Below are positions 11,616 to 23,960 of a DNA stretch of 64,000 nucleotides, in pieces (position 1 is the stretch's first letter; each line of letters begins with the position of its first letter). This DNA comes from Hemiscyllium ocellatum. Lineage: Eukaryota. Where the stretch lies: assembly GCF_020745735.1 (NCBI RefSeq), contig NC_083409.1, positions 17,566,341 to 17,630,340 of the forward strand, written 5' to 3'. The notes under the pieces were generated by a model. It made no database searches. It was given only the letters and a program-made list of their open reading frames with translations, and had not been told where the DNA came from. A program made the translations under genes and the position numbers.

Positions 11616-11801
11616 GTACAAATCTCTCTCCTTCCACCTTGAATCTTTAGCTGCTCTCCATTTCACTCCAATTCCACTGACTTGTGATTGAAGGGAAAAT
11701 GCTGAAACCAGAGGAATGCTCAGTGTCTCCAACAATCTCTCATTTGACAGGCTCTTTCTGTGACAGTTCTGACTTCACTGTGTTTCTCTCTGACCCCTCA
11801 G

Positions 11802-12112
11802 GTATCAATGGGGAGATTATCATGACCCAGTCTCCCCCGGTGCTGTCAGTGGAACTGGGCCAGACTGCAACCATCACCTGTACGGCCAGTCAAAGCATTA
11901 GCAGCTACCTCAGTTGGTACCAGCAGCGAGAAGGTCAGAAACCCTCTCTCCTGATCTATGCTGCAACATCTCGATTCACAGGAGTCTCCGAGCGATTCAC
12001 CGGCAGTGGATCAGGGACCAGTTACACCCTGACAATCAGCAACGTTCAGAGTGAGGATGTCGCTGACTATTACTGTCAGCAGGATTACAGCTGGTATAGC
12101 AGCTCCGCTCAA
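11802..12112 (+). CDS. NS5: Ig light chain V exon (L-part2 + V), germline unrearranged, open; elasmobranch type I/NS5 (sigma-cart)-like
   Basis: Translates to [100 protein letters not shown], with canonical Cys, Trp and DYYC and no stops. An RSS follows directly. The isotype is assigned from recalled similarity to nurse shark NS5, not from a search. Confidence 0.95.
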
Positions 12113-12140
12113 CACAGTGATACAGAGCCATACCAAAACC
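12113..12140 (+). other. V recombination signal sequence, 12-bp spacer
   Basis: CACAGTG (12113-12119) + 12 nt ATACAGAGCCAT + ACCAAAACC (12132-12140; one mismatch to ACAAAAACC). Confidence 0.95.
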
Positions 12141-12572
12141 TCAAGACACACAGCACCACCTCATGCACTGACACATCAATCAGTTATATAAAATGTATAA
12201 TAATGGACACACAGTCCCACAGCCTGAACTGACACATCCACAATTAGATACAAATGAAACTGAACAAATTACCCCATGCTGGGATTGTAACTGTCCATGA
12301 CACACTCCAGTCCCTGTGGTGTCCACCGCTCACTGAAGGCCTCAAGTTTCCCTCTGACACTCCATGACCACGCGTGAAGAACAGCTGCAAGATTTAATAT
12401 CGAAAAATAAATTTCACAAAGCTCCCAAGCCCAGCTGGACACAGAGAGAGATGGAGACAGAAAGACACATGAATGAGGGAGAGACAGAGAGGGGCAGAAA
12501 GAAGTTGAGAGTGAACGAGAGACTGGGAGACAGGGAGAGGTTGAGAGTGATGGGGGGGAAGCAGAGAGCAGA

Positions 12573-12611
12573 GGTTTTTGTACAGCCTCTGCACTGGGAA
12601 CTCTCACTGTG
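12573..12611 (-). other. J recombination signal sequence, 23-bp spacer
   Basis: GGTTTTTGT (12573-12581) + 23 nt + CACTGTG (12605-12611). Heptamer and nonamer are both consensus and face the V 12-RSS, so deletional joining would excise 499 bp. Confidence 0.96.
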
Positions 12612-12646
12612 GGACACGTTCGGTAAAGGAACCAAGCTCAGACTGA
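12612..12646 (+). CDS. NS5: Ig light chain J segment (DTFGKGTKLRL)
   Basis: FGXG motif; phase-1 donor CTGA|GTAAGT at 12646/12647; in frame with the C exon (A+GC = Ser). Confidence 0.95.
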
Positions 12647-13018
12647 GTAAGTAAACCTCAATCCTCTGTTATTAACCCTTTCAATACTGAAACACACTTT
12701 CTAAAATACAGTTACTGATTTGTTGAAGGTGTTAGTGGGGAGCTGCAGTGAACGAAATGGTTGATTAAGGAGCACTGTGTCTAACAGTTGTCCAACCGTA
12801 CCACTTCAGTTCCATTGCCCCCTTTAAGAAGCAAGATATAAGTCAGTCAGTTTTACTCACCGTGTGGAGGAGCTCTGTCCATTTGCAGCCTGTGGTCCCA
12901 TTCCTGCAGCATGGAGTGAAATCAGTGAGTAGCCTCCTGCCAGTCTCAGTGTGACGGACACGGGGCAGAGTTTGATGTGAGCTCTGGCTCCCTGTCCCAG
13001 TCTCTGATCTCACTGACC

Positions 13019-13048
13019 TCAGCAGCAGCAGCAGCAGCAGCAGCAGCA
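13019..13048 (+). repeat. (CAG)n microsatellite in the 5' part of the J-C intron
   Basis: About 9-10 uninterrupted CAG units. Confidence 0.9.
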
Positions 13049-13099
13049 CAGTGAGACACCGAGCTCCCACCTCCCCCAGCTTTACCTCTGCTCAATCAC

Positions 13100-15500
13100 A
13101 CAATCACAGAATAGTTACAGTGCACAAGGAGGCCATTCCGTCCATCCTGTCTGTCATGGTTCTCCGACTGAGCAATTCACTGAGTGTCATTCTCCTGCCT
13201 TCTCCCTGTCACCCTGCACATTGTTCCTTTTCAAATAACAGTCTCATTCCCTTCGGAATGTTTTAATTGAAGCTGCCTCCACCACACTCTTAGGCAGTGC
13301 ATTCCACACCTTAACCACCCACTGGCTGAAAATGTTGTTCCCCCTCTCACTTTTGTTACTTTTACTTATTACTTTAAATCTGTGTTCTCTCGGTCTCAAT
13401 CCTTTCTCAATTGGGAACATTTTCTCCCTATTTACCCTGTCCAGGCCCCTCCTGGTTTTAATTCCTCAAACAAATCTCCTCTCAGCCTTCGCCAAAGAAG
13501 ACAGTCCCAAATTCTCCAATCAATCTGTATAACTGATGTTCCTCATCCCTGGAAGGATCTTCAGGAATATTTTTTGCCATTTCTACAAAACTTCAGCTCC
13601 TTCCTGAATTATTCACATTTTCTATGACCCTCATGATTTTATAAACCTTTACAAGGTCACTCCTCAGACTCTTACGTGTCAGAATAAAAAGTTTCAGCTT
13701 TTCCAGCTTCTCATCGTCATGGAGTCATACAGCGTGGAAACAGACCTTTCAGTTCAACTTGTCCATGATAACCAGATATCCTAAATCACCTCATCCCATT
13801 TGCCAGCATTTTGCTTACATTCCTCAAAACCCTTCCGATTCATGTACCCATCCCAATGCGTTTTAAATGCTGTAATAGTATCTGCCTCCAATACTTACTC
13901 TGGCAGCTCGATCCAGACACATACCACCCTCTGTGTGACAAGTTACCCCTCAGGTCCCTTTTGAATATTTTGCCTCTCACCTTAAACCTATGCCATCTTG
14001 TTTTGGACTCCCTTTCCCAAAGAAAAGGCCTTGGATATACACCCTGTCCATGCCCCTCATGATTGTATAAACATCTATAAGGTCACCCCGAAGCCTTAGA
14101 TGCTGTAGGAAAAATAGACCCAGTTTCTTCAGCCTTTCCCTATAGCTCAAACCCTCCAATTCCTGGCCATGTCCTTGTAAATCTTTTCTGCAGCTTTATA
14201 AGTTTAACAGCATCCTTCCTATTTTCAAGGTGATCAGGATTGTTCACATTATTGCCAAAGTGGCCTCACTAATCTCCTGTACAGCTGCAACATGATGTCC
14301 CAACTCCTATACTCAAAATAGTGACCAATAAAAGCAAGTGTACCCAACACCTTCTTCATCACCCTGTCTACTTGTGACCCCACTTTCAAGTAATAATGCA
14401 CTTGCATCTTCAATCCGAGGTCTCTTTGTTCAGCAACACTCCACAGGGCCCTCCCATTAACTGTCTAACTCCTGCCCTGGGTTGCCTTTCCAAAATGCAA
14501 CATCTCACAGTTATCTAAACTGAACTCCATATGCTACACCTCTGCCCATTGCCCCATCTGATGAAGGTCCCGCTGTACTCTGAGATGAATTTCTTCGCTA
14601 TCCACTATCGTACCAATTTAGATATCATCTACAAACTTACTGTAACTCCTATATTCACATCCAAATCATTTCTATAAAATAGTGAATCCAGCACCAATGT
14701 TAGTGGCACACAGCTATTCACAGATCTCCAGTCTGAAAAGCAACCTTTTACCACCACTCCTGTCTCCTATCTTCAATCCAATTTTTTTATCCCAATGGCT
14801 CACTCCCCCTGGATCCCATGTGGTCTAACCTTACTAACCAGTCTATCATGTGGAACCTTGTCAAAAACTTTACTGAAGTCCATATTGACAATGTCTATTG
14901 TTCTATCTCCATAAATCTTCTTTGTCACCTCCTCAATCAAATTCAGGAGACATGATTTCCTATGCATAAAACCACATTGATTATCCAAAGAATGTAAATC
15001 CTATCCCACAGAATCCACTCCAACATCTTACCCAACACTGACATCAGGCTCACTGGTCTATAATTCCCTGGCTTTTCCTTACAGTCTTTCTTTCTTAAAT
15101 AATGGCATAACATTAGCCAACCTCTCTGGTTCTCCAGCACCTTACCCATAGTTGTCAGTGATACACATATCTCAGTAAGGGGCCCAGCAATCTCTTCCCT
15201 AGTTTGCCACAATGTTCTGGGATACACCTGATCAGGTCCTAGGGTTTATCTACTACTTTTATGTGTTTTCAGATCTTGAGCGTCTCCTCATTTGTGTGTG
15301 GTCTCTTTTCAAGACATCACTATTTTTCCAAATTCCCTAGCTTTCTCCACAATATATACTGACCTGAAATATTTGTTTGGGATCTCACCCATGTCTTGTG
15401 TCTTACCAAAATATAGCACTCACATGTATCTGAATTAAACTCCATCTGCCATTCCTCAGCCCACTGGCCCAGTTGATCAAGATTCCATTGTATTCTTAGA
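13100..15500 (-). mobile_element. Several CR1 LINE fragments, antisense in the J-C intron
   Basis: Minus-strand ORFs include EGLSYRERLKKLGLF...LRGDLI, KSCLLNLIE...DFSKVFDKVPHDRL and KPGNYRPVSL. Confidence 0.8.
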
Positions 15501-15520
15501 CAGCCTTCTTCACTGCCAAT

Positions 15521-15838
15521 GATTAGATTAGAGCCTCTACAGGGTCGAAACAGGCCCTTCTGCCCAAAAAGTCCTCACCGATCCTCCGAAGAGTAACCCA
15601 CCCAGACCCATTTCCCTCTCAGTAATGCATCTAACACTGTGGGCAATTTAGCATGGCCAATTCACCTGACCTGAACATCTTTGGACCATGGGAGTAAACC
15701 AGAACACCCGGAGGAAACCCACGCAGACACAGGGAGAATGTGCAAACTCCACACAGACAGTTACCCAAGGCTGGAATCGAACCTGTGACCCTAGCTCTGA
15801 GAGGCTGCAGTGCTACCCACTGAGCCACCGTGCTGCCC
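15521..15838 (-). mobile_element. HE1/V-SINE-type SINE
   Basis: tRNA-like head, conserved core and TAATCTAATC tail. Confidence 0.85.
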
Positions 15839-16199
15839 CACCTGAGCCACCACTGAGCCACCGATGCCACCTGAAAATTCACCTGAACACACTCTCACAA
15901 CTCTGGGCCCTTCCTGCCCATTACACTGCTACTATCCCAGTCTATATTCAGAAGCTAAAGACCGCCCCGCCCATTTATAACAACTCTATCATATTTGCAG
16001 GTCTCTGTAAATTCATGCATTTGTATTCTTCCACATCCTTCCCACTGGGAGGTGACTTATTGACTGAACTGAGGATTCTGTGTTCCTTTGTGTTCCTCTT
16101 TGACATTCTCTCCTGGTTCGCACAGCCCTGCCAAGTTAGTTTAAACCCTCTCTAACTGCACGAGTAAACCACCTCACAAAAATCCAAAGCCCTCCCTCA

Positions 16200-16960
16200 T
16201 GGATCCTCTTTCCAGCCCCACAGTCACCTGTGCTCACCTCCTGATTCTATTCTCACCTGCATGTAGCACTGGGAGTCATCCGGAGATTCCTCCTTTTCAG
16301 TTCCTGCTGCTAATTCCCTCCAGAGCTCCCAACCTTCTGACTGCAGGACCACGTTCCTTTTTCTCCATCCATCACTGGGACCAATGTGGACTATGACTGC
16401 TGGCTGTTCCCCCTCTCCCCTCAGGGTGCTCTGCAGCCGCTCAGTGACATCCTTGACCTTGGCATCAGAGAGACAACACACCATCCTGGATTCCCATCTG
16501 CAGCTGCAGAAACACCTATCGATGCCCTCACTCTCAAATATCCTCTCACTATCGCTCTTCCAGTTTTCCTTCTGCCCTCCTGTATAGCTGAGCCCCCCCC
16601 CCCCCACCGTGGTGCCAGGGACTTGGCTCTGGCTGCACTCCCCAGATGAACCATCATTCTCATCAGGATTCTGAACTGAATCCTAGTTGGAGAGTGGGAG
16701 GCACTCAGGGATTCCTGTACTAGCTGCCTGGTCCTTTTGGACTGTCTGCTGCTCCCCCATTCCCTCTCTCCCTGCATACTCTGAAGGTGCAGAGTGACCA
16801 CATCTAGAAACGTGCTCTCCACGGAGCTCTCAGCCTCACAGATGCTCTCCACTGACAGCAGCTGCTGCTCAAGCTCCAGAACCTGGAGCTCCAACTGCTG
16901 TCACTGACCACACTTCCTGCTCTCATGGTATTCCAGGAGCTGGGAAGCATTCTGAAGTTC
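16200..16960 (-). mobile_element. CR1 ORF1 fragment (SGNH/GDSL esterase-like domain)
   Basis: GIDRCFCSCRWESRMVCCL..AKVKDVTERLQSTLRGEGEQPAVIVHIG.SD is a CR1 ORF1 esterase signature. Confidence 0.8.
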
Positions 16961-17079
16961 CCACCTAAATGCACACTCTCTCCACTCTTTGGTTATCTGT
17001 TGATAAACAGCTACAGCAGGGCTCACAGTCCAGTAGGTTCAGTGTTCCAGGGTTTTGGGAAACTCTCCAGAAGACTTTA

Positions 17080-20000
17080 AGAAATAGGAGCAGAAATCAG
17101 CCATTCAGCCCATTGAATCTGCTCTGCAATTTGATCTTGGCAGATATGCTTCTCAACCCCATTCTCCTGCCTACTCCACAGGAATTTTCCATCCCCTTAA
17201 CAATCACAAACCTATCTATCCCTGTCTTAAATACACTCAGTGACTTGGCCTCCACTGCCCTCTGTAGCAATAAGTTCAACAGATTCACCACCCTCTGGCT
17301 GAAGAGATTCACCCTTATCTCAACTCTAAAGAGTCGGCCCTTCATTCTGAGGCTGTGCCTTGGTTACCGAGTCTCTCCTGTTTTTGGAAACATCTTCTCT
17401 GCATCCACTCTATCCAGGCCTGTCAGTATTCTGTAAATTTCAATAAGATCCCTCTTCATCCTTCTAAAGTCCATTGAGTACAGACCCAGAGTCCTCAAGC
17501 ACGCCTGATATGACAAGCCCTTCATTGCCAGGATCATTCTTGTAAACCCCTCCAATGCCAGTACATTGTTCTATTAAAATATGGGTCCCAAAAATGCCCA
17601 CAATATTCCAAATACAGTTTGACCAGAGCCTTACACAGCCTCAGCAGTACATCTCTGCTCTTGTATTCTGGCCCTATTGAAATGAATGCTATCATTTCAT
17701 TTGCCTTCTCAAGCACAAACTGGACCTGCCTGTTAACCTGAATGAGGTTTGTGCTTTAGATTTCCAAAGGCTTTCCTCATTTAGCAAACAGTCTTTGTAT
17801 TTCTTCTTGTGTTCTATCTGCCACTTCTTTGCCAACTCTCAGAGCCTATTAGGACCTTTTACAGCCTTCCCACTTCCTCAACACTACCTTTAGATGAGAG
17901 ATTACTTTAGATTACTTACAGTGTGGAAACAGGCCCTTCGGCCCAACAAGTCCACACCGACCCGCCGAAGCGAAACCCACCCATACCCCTACATTTACCC
18001 CTTACCTAACACTACGGGCAATTTACGTGGCCAATTCACCTGACCCGCACATCTTTGGACTGTGGGAGGAAACCGGAGCACCCGGAGGAAACCCACGCAG
18101 ACACGGGGAGAACGTGCAAACTCCTCACAGTCAGTCGCCTGAGTTGGGAATTGAACCCAGGTCTCTGGCGCTGTGAGGCAGCACTGCTAACCACTGTGCC
18201 ACCGTGCCGCCCCTCCTGTCCCTCCACCTATCTCATGTTGTCTGCAAACTTAGCAACAATGTCTTCACTTCCTTCATCCAGATTGTTAATGTATAACGTG
18301 AATAGTTATTGTCCCAACATTGACACCTGCAGAACTCTACCAGTCACCAGCTGCCATCTTTCCTCACTCTCTGCTTTATGCCAACCTGTCCGTTCTCAGT
18401 CCATGCCAGTACATTGCCCCTAACACCGTGGGCGCTTATCTTATGTCAAATACCTTCTGGAAATCAAAATACATTACTTCCTCGGACTCTCCTTTGCCTG
18501 ACTGGCTCATTGCCTCCTCAAAGAATTCTAACACATTTGCCAGGCATGACCTCCCCTTGATGAAACCGTGTTGACTCAGCCCTATTTTACCATTGCACTT
18601 CCAAGTCCACCGGGTGACACTGTGGCACATTGGTTAGCACTGCTGCCTCACAGCGCCAGGGACCTGGGTTCAATTCCTGCCTCAGGCGACTGACTGTGTG
18701 GAGTTTGCATGTTCTCCCCGTGTCTGTGTGGGTTTCCTCCAGGTGCTCCGGTTTCCTCCCACAGTCCAAAGATGTGCGGGTCAGGTGAATTGGCCTTAGC
18801 CTTAGGCAAGGGGTATATATCCCCCATCAAATCTCCACCTCCACACCCTGACTCCATTGATTCCTGAAAGATCATCACCAATGCCTCCACAATCTCTTCA
18901 GTGATCTCCTTCAGAACACACTGGTGTAGTTCATCCAGTCTGGGGGAGTTATCCAAATTCAGACCTTCCAGCTTCCCCAGTACCTCCTCCTTACTGATGG
19001 CCACTACACGCCTGAACTGCCCCCTGACAGTCTGGAAGTACTGGTACACTGCTGGTGTTTTCCATGGTGCAGACTGATGCAAAGTATCGATTCAATTCCT
19101 CGGCTATTCCTTCATTTCCTACTATTCTTTCTCCAAACTCATTTTCCAGTGATCCAATGTCTAGTTTTGCCTCCCTCTTCCTTTTTATATATTTGCTAAA
19201 ACTCTTGCAATCTTCTTTTATATTACTGGCTAGATAACTCCCAGATTTCATCTTCTCCACCCTTAATGCTTTTTTAGTTATCCTCTATAGCTCTTGAAAG
19301 ACTTCCTAATCCTCTGGCTTCCCACTATTCTCCACCACATTGGATGCTTTTTCTTTTGCTTTTATGCTGTCCTTGACCTCCCTCATCAGCCATGGTTGCC
19401 TTGTCCTCCCCTGAGAATGTTTTTTTCTTTTTTGGGATGAATTCCTACTCTACTTCCTGAATTACCCCCAGAAACTCTGCTGTTTGCTGCCCCACCATCT
19501 TACCTGCTCGGCTCCCCTTACAACCAACTCTGGCCAGCTCCTTCCTCATGTCTTTGCAGTTACCTTTACTCAACTGAAATACAGTTCCATCTGATTGTAG
19601 CTTATCTCTCTCAAACTACAGGGGGAATTATGGTCACTTATCCAGAGTGATACTTTCACCTTAAACTCACTAATCATGTTTGCCTCATTCCACATCACTG
19701 AATCCACACCTGCCTGTTCCATCATTGCTCAACCACAAGCTGCTCCAAAAACCATCTCGTAGACATTCCATGAAATCCTTTTCTTTCGATGCACTACCCA
19801 GTCCACCTATCCATTGAGGTCTACCCTGACATTTAGTTTATCCCTTTTCTGGGCGGCATGGTGGCACAGTGGTTAGCACTGCTGCCTCACAGCGCCTGAG
19901 ACCCAGGTTCAATTCCTATCTCAGGCGACTGACTGCGTGGAGTTTGCTCGTTCTCCCCATGTCTGCGTGGGTTTCCTCCCTCAGTCCAAAGATGTGCAGG

Positions 20001-20690
20001 TCAGGTGAATTGGACATGCTAAATTGCCCGTAGTGTTAGGTAAGGGGTAAATGTAGGGGTATGGGTGGGTTGCGCTTCAGTGGGTCGGTGTGGACTTGTT
20101 GGGCTGAACAGCCTGCTTCCACACTGTAAGTAATCTAATCTAATTTTCTGTCTCCTGATTGATTTCCTTCCCCACACCCTGATTACTGCTTGGAGACCTG
20201 GACATAACTTGCATCAGATTCTTTATTGTGGTTCCTCAGCTCTACCCACACAGATTCTACACCTTCTGACTTCTTGCTATTGATTGAATTTTATTTCACA
20301 CTAACAAGGCAACTCTTGCCCCTCTGCCCATCTGCCTGTCCTTTTGATAGGACATGGATCCTTGGATATTTAGTTCCCAGCCCAGACCCCCTTACAGCCA
20401 TGTCTCTGTGATACCCACAACATCGTACCTACCAGTTTCAATCTGCACTACAAGCTCATTGTGTATACTGTGTGCATTTAAGTACAACACCCTCAGTCCT
20501 GCATTGACTGCCCTCCTTCTCATCATTGTCCTCTTATCTACTGTGCTTGAAGTTCGACTCTTGTTCCTTTCTGTACTCTCTGTCCTAGGTTGTCTTCTAG
20601 AAACTTGAATAACCTCTCCTGAGCCCTCCTCCACTTTAACTAGTTTAATTCCTTGGACACTCAATTTACCTTGATTTATTGCGTCACTTT
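17080..20690 (-). mobile_element. Internally deleted CR1 ORF2 carrying three nested SINEs (17891-18212 -, 18612-18796 +, 19851-20144 +)
   Basis: Endonuclease start LRVLYLNAHSI...YDVVGITETWL, RT motif QHGFIKGRSCLANVLEFFE and a CR1 3' tail. The reading resumes across each SINE. Confidence 0.85.
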
Positions 20691-20924
20691 GTCTACCTTA
20701 TTCGGAATGCTTTGTGCATTTAGTTACAAACTCTTTAAATTTATTTTATTATTGATTTTCCCTGCACTTCTTTAGTTCCTTTGATATTCAAAAAATCCGT
20801 CCCCATCTTTTATTTTCTGGTAACAATCAATCCCACCACTAACCAACAATCGACCTTCTCCTTCACCTTCTGTTTTCTCATTTTCCATCCAACTGAACCA
20901 AATTACTTTATGTGTCGATTGACC

Positions 20925-21245
20925 TCAGGCATGGTGGCTCAGTGGTTAGCACCGCTACCTCACAGCGCCAAGGATACGGGTTCAATTCCTGCCTTGGGAA
21001 ACTGTCTGTGTGGTGTTTGCACATTGTCCCTGTGTCTGTGTGGGTTTCCCCCAGGTGCTCTGGTTTACTCCCACTGTCCAAAGATGTGCAGGCCAGGTGA
21101 ATTGGCCATTCTAAATTGCCTACAGTGTTAGATGAAATAGTCAGGAGTAAATGTATGGAATGTTTCTGGGTGGGCTGCTGTTTGGAGAGTTGGTGTGGAC
21201 TTGTCAGGCTGAACTGCCTGTTTCCACACTGGAGGGAATCTAATC
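20925..21245 (+). mobile_element. HE1/V-SINE-type SINE
   Basis: GGCATGGTGGCTCAGTGGTTAGCACC head through the GAATCTAATC tail. Confidence 0.85.
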
Positions 21246-21449
21246 AGGCCAATATTTCTCATTATTGCTCTTTGATCTCTTGCTTCTACTTGAATCCTGC
21301 TGTGTAGAAACTGGCTGCCACCTTCCTGACATTGCAACAGTGACTCCTTGTCAAACAAAACTGTCTGTAAATGTCTTTGGAAGAGCCTGAAATGTTAAGG
21401 GCTGGATTGATGCCCATATGCTCTAAACTTTTCTGATTTACATATCCAT

Positions 21450-23960
21450 GCCTTTTAAATGTTTTAATCATACCAGCCTTCACCACTTCTTCTGGCAGCC
21501 CATTTCATACATTTAACACCATCTGAATGAAAACGTTGTTCTTTAGGTCCCTTTTAAATCTTTCCCCTGTCACCTTCAACCTATGCCCTCCAGTTCTGGA
21601 CTCCCCCACTCTGGAGAAAAGATCTTCTCTATTCACCCTATCTATGCTGCTCATGATTTTATAAACCTCCATCCGGTCACCCATCAACCTGCAATGATCC
21701 AGGGAAAACAGCCTCAGCCTATTCAGCCTCTCCCGATAGCTCAAACCCTCCAACCTTGGCAACATCCTTGTAAATCTTTTCTGAACCATTTTAAGGTTCA
21801 CAACATTTTTCCTCCAGCAGGGAGACCAGAATTACACACAGTATTCCAAAAGTGCCCTAACCAATGTCTGTCAGCCACAAGAGTTCCCAACTCCAATACT
21901 CAATGCACTGACCAATAAAAGAAAGCAAACCAAATGACATTGTCACCCCCCCCCCCCCCCACCTACCTGCAACCTCACTTCCAGTGAACTATTCTTTTTT
22001 TTTGGATGAACTGAGAGTCTTCCAGTTGTGAAAGATGCCATTCCATGGACTTTTGGATGAAGAGCAGGCAGTTCCCCCTGGTGTCCCCAATCAATATTTA
22101 TCCCCCAGTCAAAATCAATGAAAATCTGTTTCTCTTCTTTTTATCATATTGTGTTTGGGATCTCGCTGTGCACAGTCTGCAGGAAAGATCCATTGGGACA
22201 TCTTGATTTGGGGACAGGTGCTTCACAAATGCAAGTCTTTCTTTAAGTTTGAAGTCTCCTGATCCGAACACTCACCCATTGTCTGTGCACTCTCACCTTC
22301 CGGGGGCATGGGGTCATTAGGAGCAGTGACCCAAAGGACACTGAGACTCTTTGCAGCCTCACCCTTGACCTCAGCCCAGCAGTGTGCAGCAAGGTTTGAA
22401 ATGTAATCTAGAACCTTCTACACAGACACCCCAATGTGACTCATTCCCGAAGTGTGTGGATCCGAGTCTGCTCCAAAGTTCTCGGATAAATTTCTCCTGA
22501 TCTGTGGGTGATCGGAGGTTTGTTAAAGAAGTATCAAGATCCATCCCACTTTCCAGCTCTTGCTCCATAGCTCTGGAGGTTTCACTGTTTGAAGTGAATA
22601 CCCAAGTGTTTTTTTCAAAGTGATGAGGGTTTCTGCCTCTCCCACCCTTTCAGACAGTGAGTCCCATATCCCACCAAGCTCTGGGTGAAAACAAATACCC
22701 TCAACTCCCCTATAATCCTGCCCCCAACTGATTTCAATCTCTCCCCATGGTTATTGCCCTCTGTGCTGGTGGAAATCAGTCCTTCCTACCCACTCTGTCC
22801 AGGCCCCTCATCATTTTACACACCACCATCAAATCTCCCCTCAGCCTCCTCTGTTCCAACAAAAACACTCCCAGCCAATCCAAACATTCCTCAAAACTCA
22901 AAGTTCCCATTCCAGACAAACTCTTCCTCTGTCCTGGTCTCCTGTGGGATCACATCCTTCCTATAATGTGGTGACCAGAACCGTACACTGTTCTCTCACT
23001 GTGCTCTAACTGGGGTTTTATACAGTTCCAGAATAAACAAACTCCTTGCTTTCACAGTCAACCAAAAATGAGATAAGGGAGGTGATGGTCTAATGGTGTT
23101 ATTGCTGAGCTGTTAATCCAGAGATCCAGATAATGTTCTGGGGACCAGGGTTAGAATCCAGCAGATGGTGGCATTCAAATTCAATCAAAAAAAATCTGGA
23201 ATTAAGTCTAATGACGACCATGAAACCATCTTTGATTGTCAGGAAAACGCCATCTGATTCCCTAATGTCCTTTCGGGAAAGAAACTGCCATCCTTACCAT
23301 GTGACCCCAGACCCACAGCAATGTGGTTGACTCTAAACTGCCCTTTGGGTGATTAGCGATGGACAATAAATGCTGCCGATCCAGCAATTGCCCTCATTCC
23401 ATCAAGGGAAAATGAAGAACAGTTTATCCCATGTGTCTTCTTACCACCTCACTGACCTGCATTAAACACCATGGCCAAATCTTCCATCTCCACATGACTT
23501 GCAGTTTCAAATTCCTTCATTATCTGAGATACAGATAGAAACATCCAAACTACGAGCAACCGTAGGCCATTTGGCCCCCAAGCCTGCTCCACCATTCAAT
23601 ATGATCATGGCTGATTATCCAACACAGTCCCCTGTTCCTGCTTTCTCCCCACATTCTTTGATCCCTTTCATCCGAAGAACTACATCTAATTCCTTATTGA
23701 ACACATACCGCATCTAATTCCCTCATGCTGGTAAAATGGATGAGAATTATTGGGTTGTTGTTTTTTGACCAGTATGGACACAATGGGCTGATGGGCCTTT
23801 TGGGTCTCTCTGACTCGATGATTCTATTATTATACTTTAAGAATAACTGAGTACCAAGGACTGACCACTGTGTAACTACCTGTCATTCAGAAAAAGACTC
23901 ATTCTTTCTGTCCTGTCTGCCAACCAGTTCCCAATCCATGTCAGTATGTGAACCCCAATC
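21450..23960 (-). mobile_element. Further CR1 3' fragments (about 21450-21990, 22550-23030, 23540-23960), plus a + strand SINE at about 23078-23410
   Basis: VQKRFTRMLPRLEGLSYRERLNRLRLFSL and typical CR1 tails. The SINE has a tRNA-like head and a CAATAAATGCTG tail. Confidence 0.65.

Noticed and set aside
10071-11650. Lys/Arg/Glu-rich and Leu/Ser-rich ORFs upstream of the leader
   Set aside because: They come from GA-rich low-complexity sequence; only the terminal MITHIQ... part is real (the leader).
13047-13053. CACAGTG in the J-C intron as an intronic (kappa-deleting-type) RSS; also the heptamers near 27060, 32640, 33181, 42893 and 45788 and those in SINE heads
   Set aside because: None has a nonamer at 12 or 23 spacing.
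12843-13070. Signal-peptide-like ORF MGARCLTVLLLLLLLLL as a protein-coding leader
   Set aside because: The start is GTG, an in-frame stop lies a few codons upstream with no ATG, and the Leu run is a CTG microsatellite. It is kept only as a possible non-coding exon.
19851-19930. tRNA genes at SINE heads
   Set aside because: The A/B-box heads continue into the SINE core and a LINE-derived tail, and do not form a complete cloverleaf.
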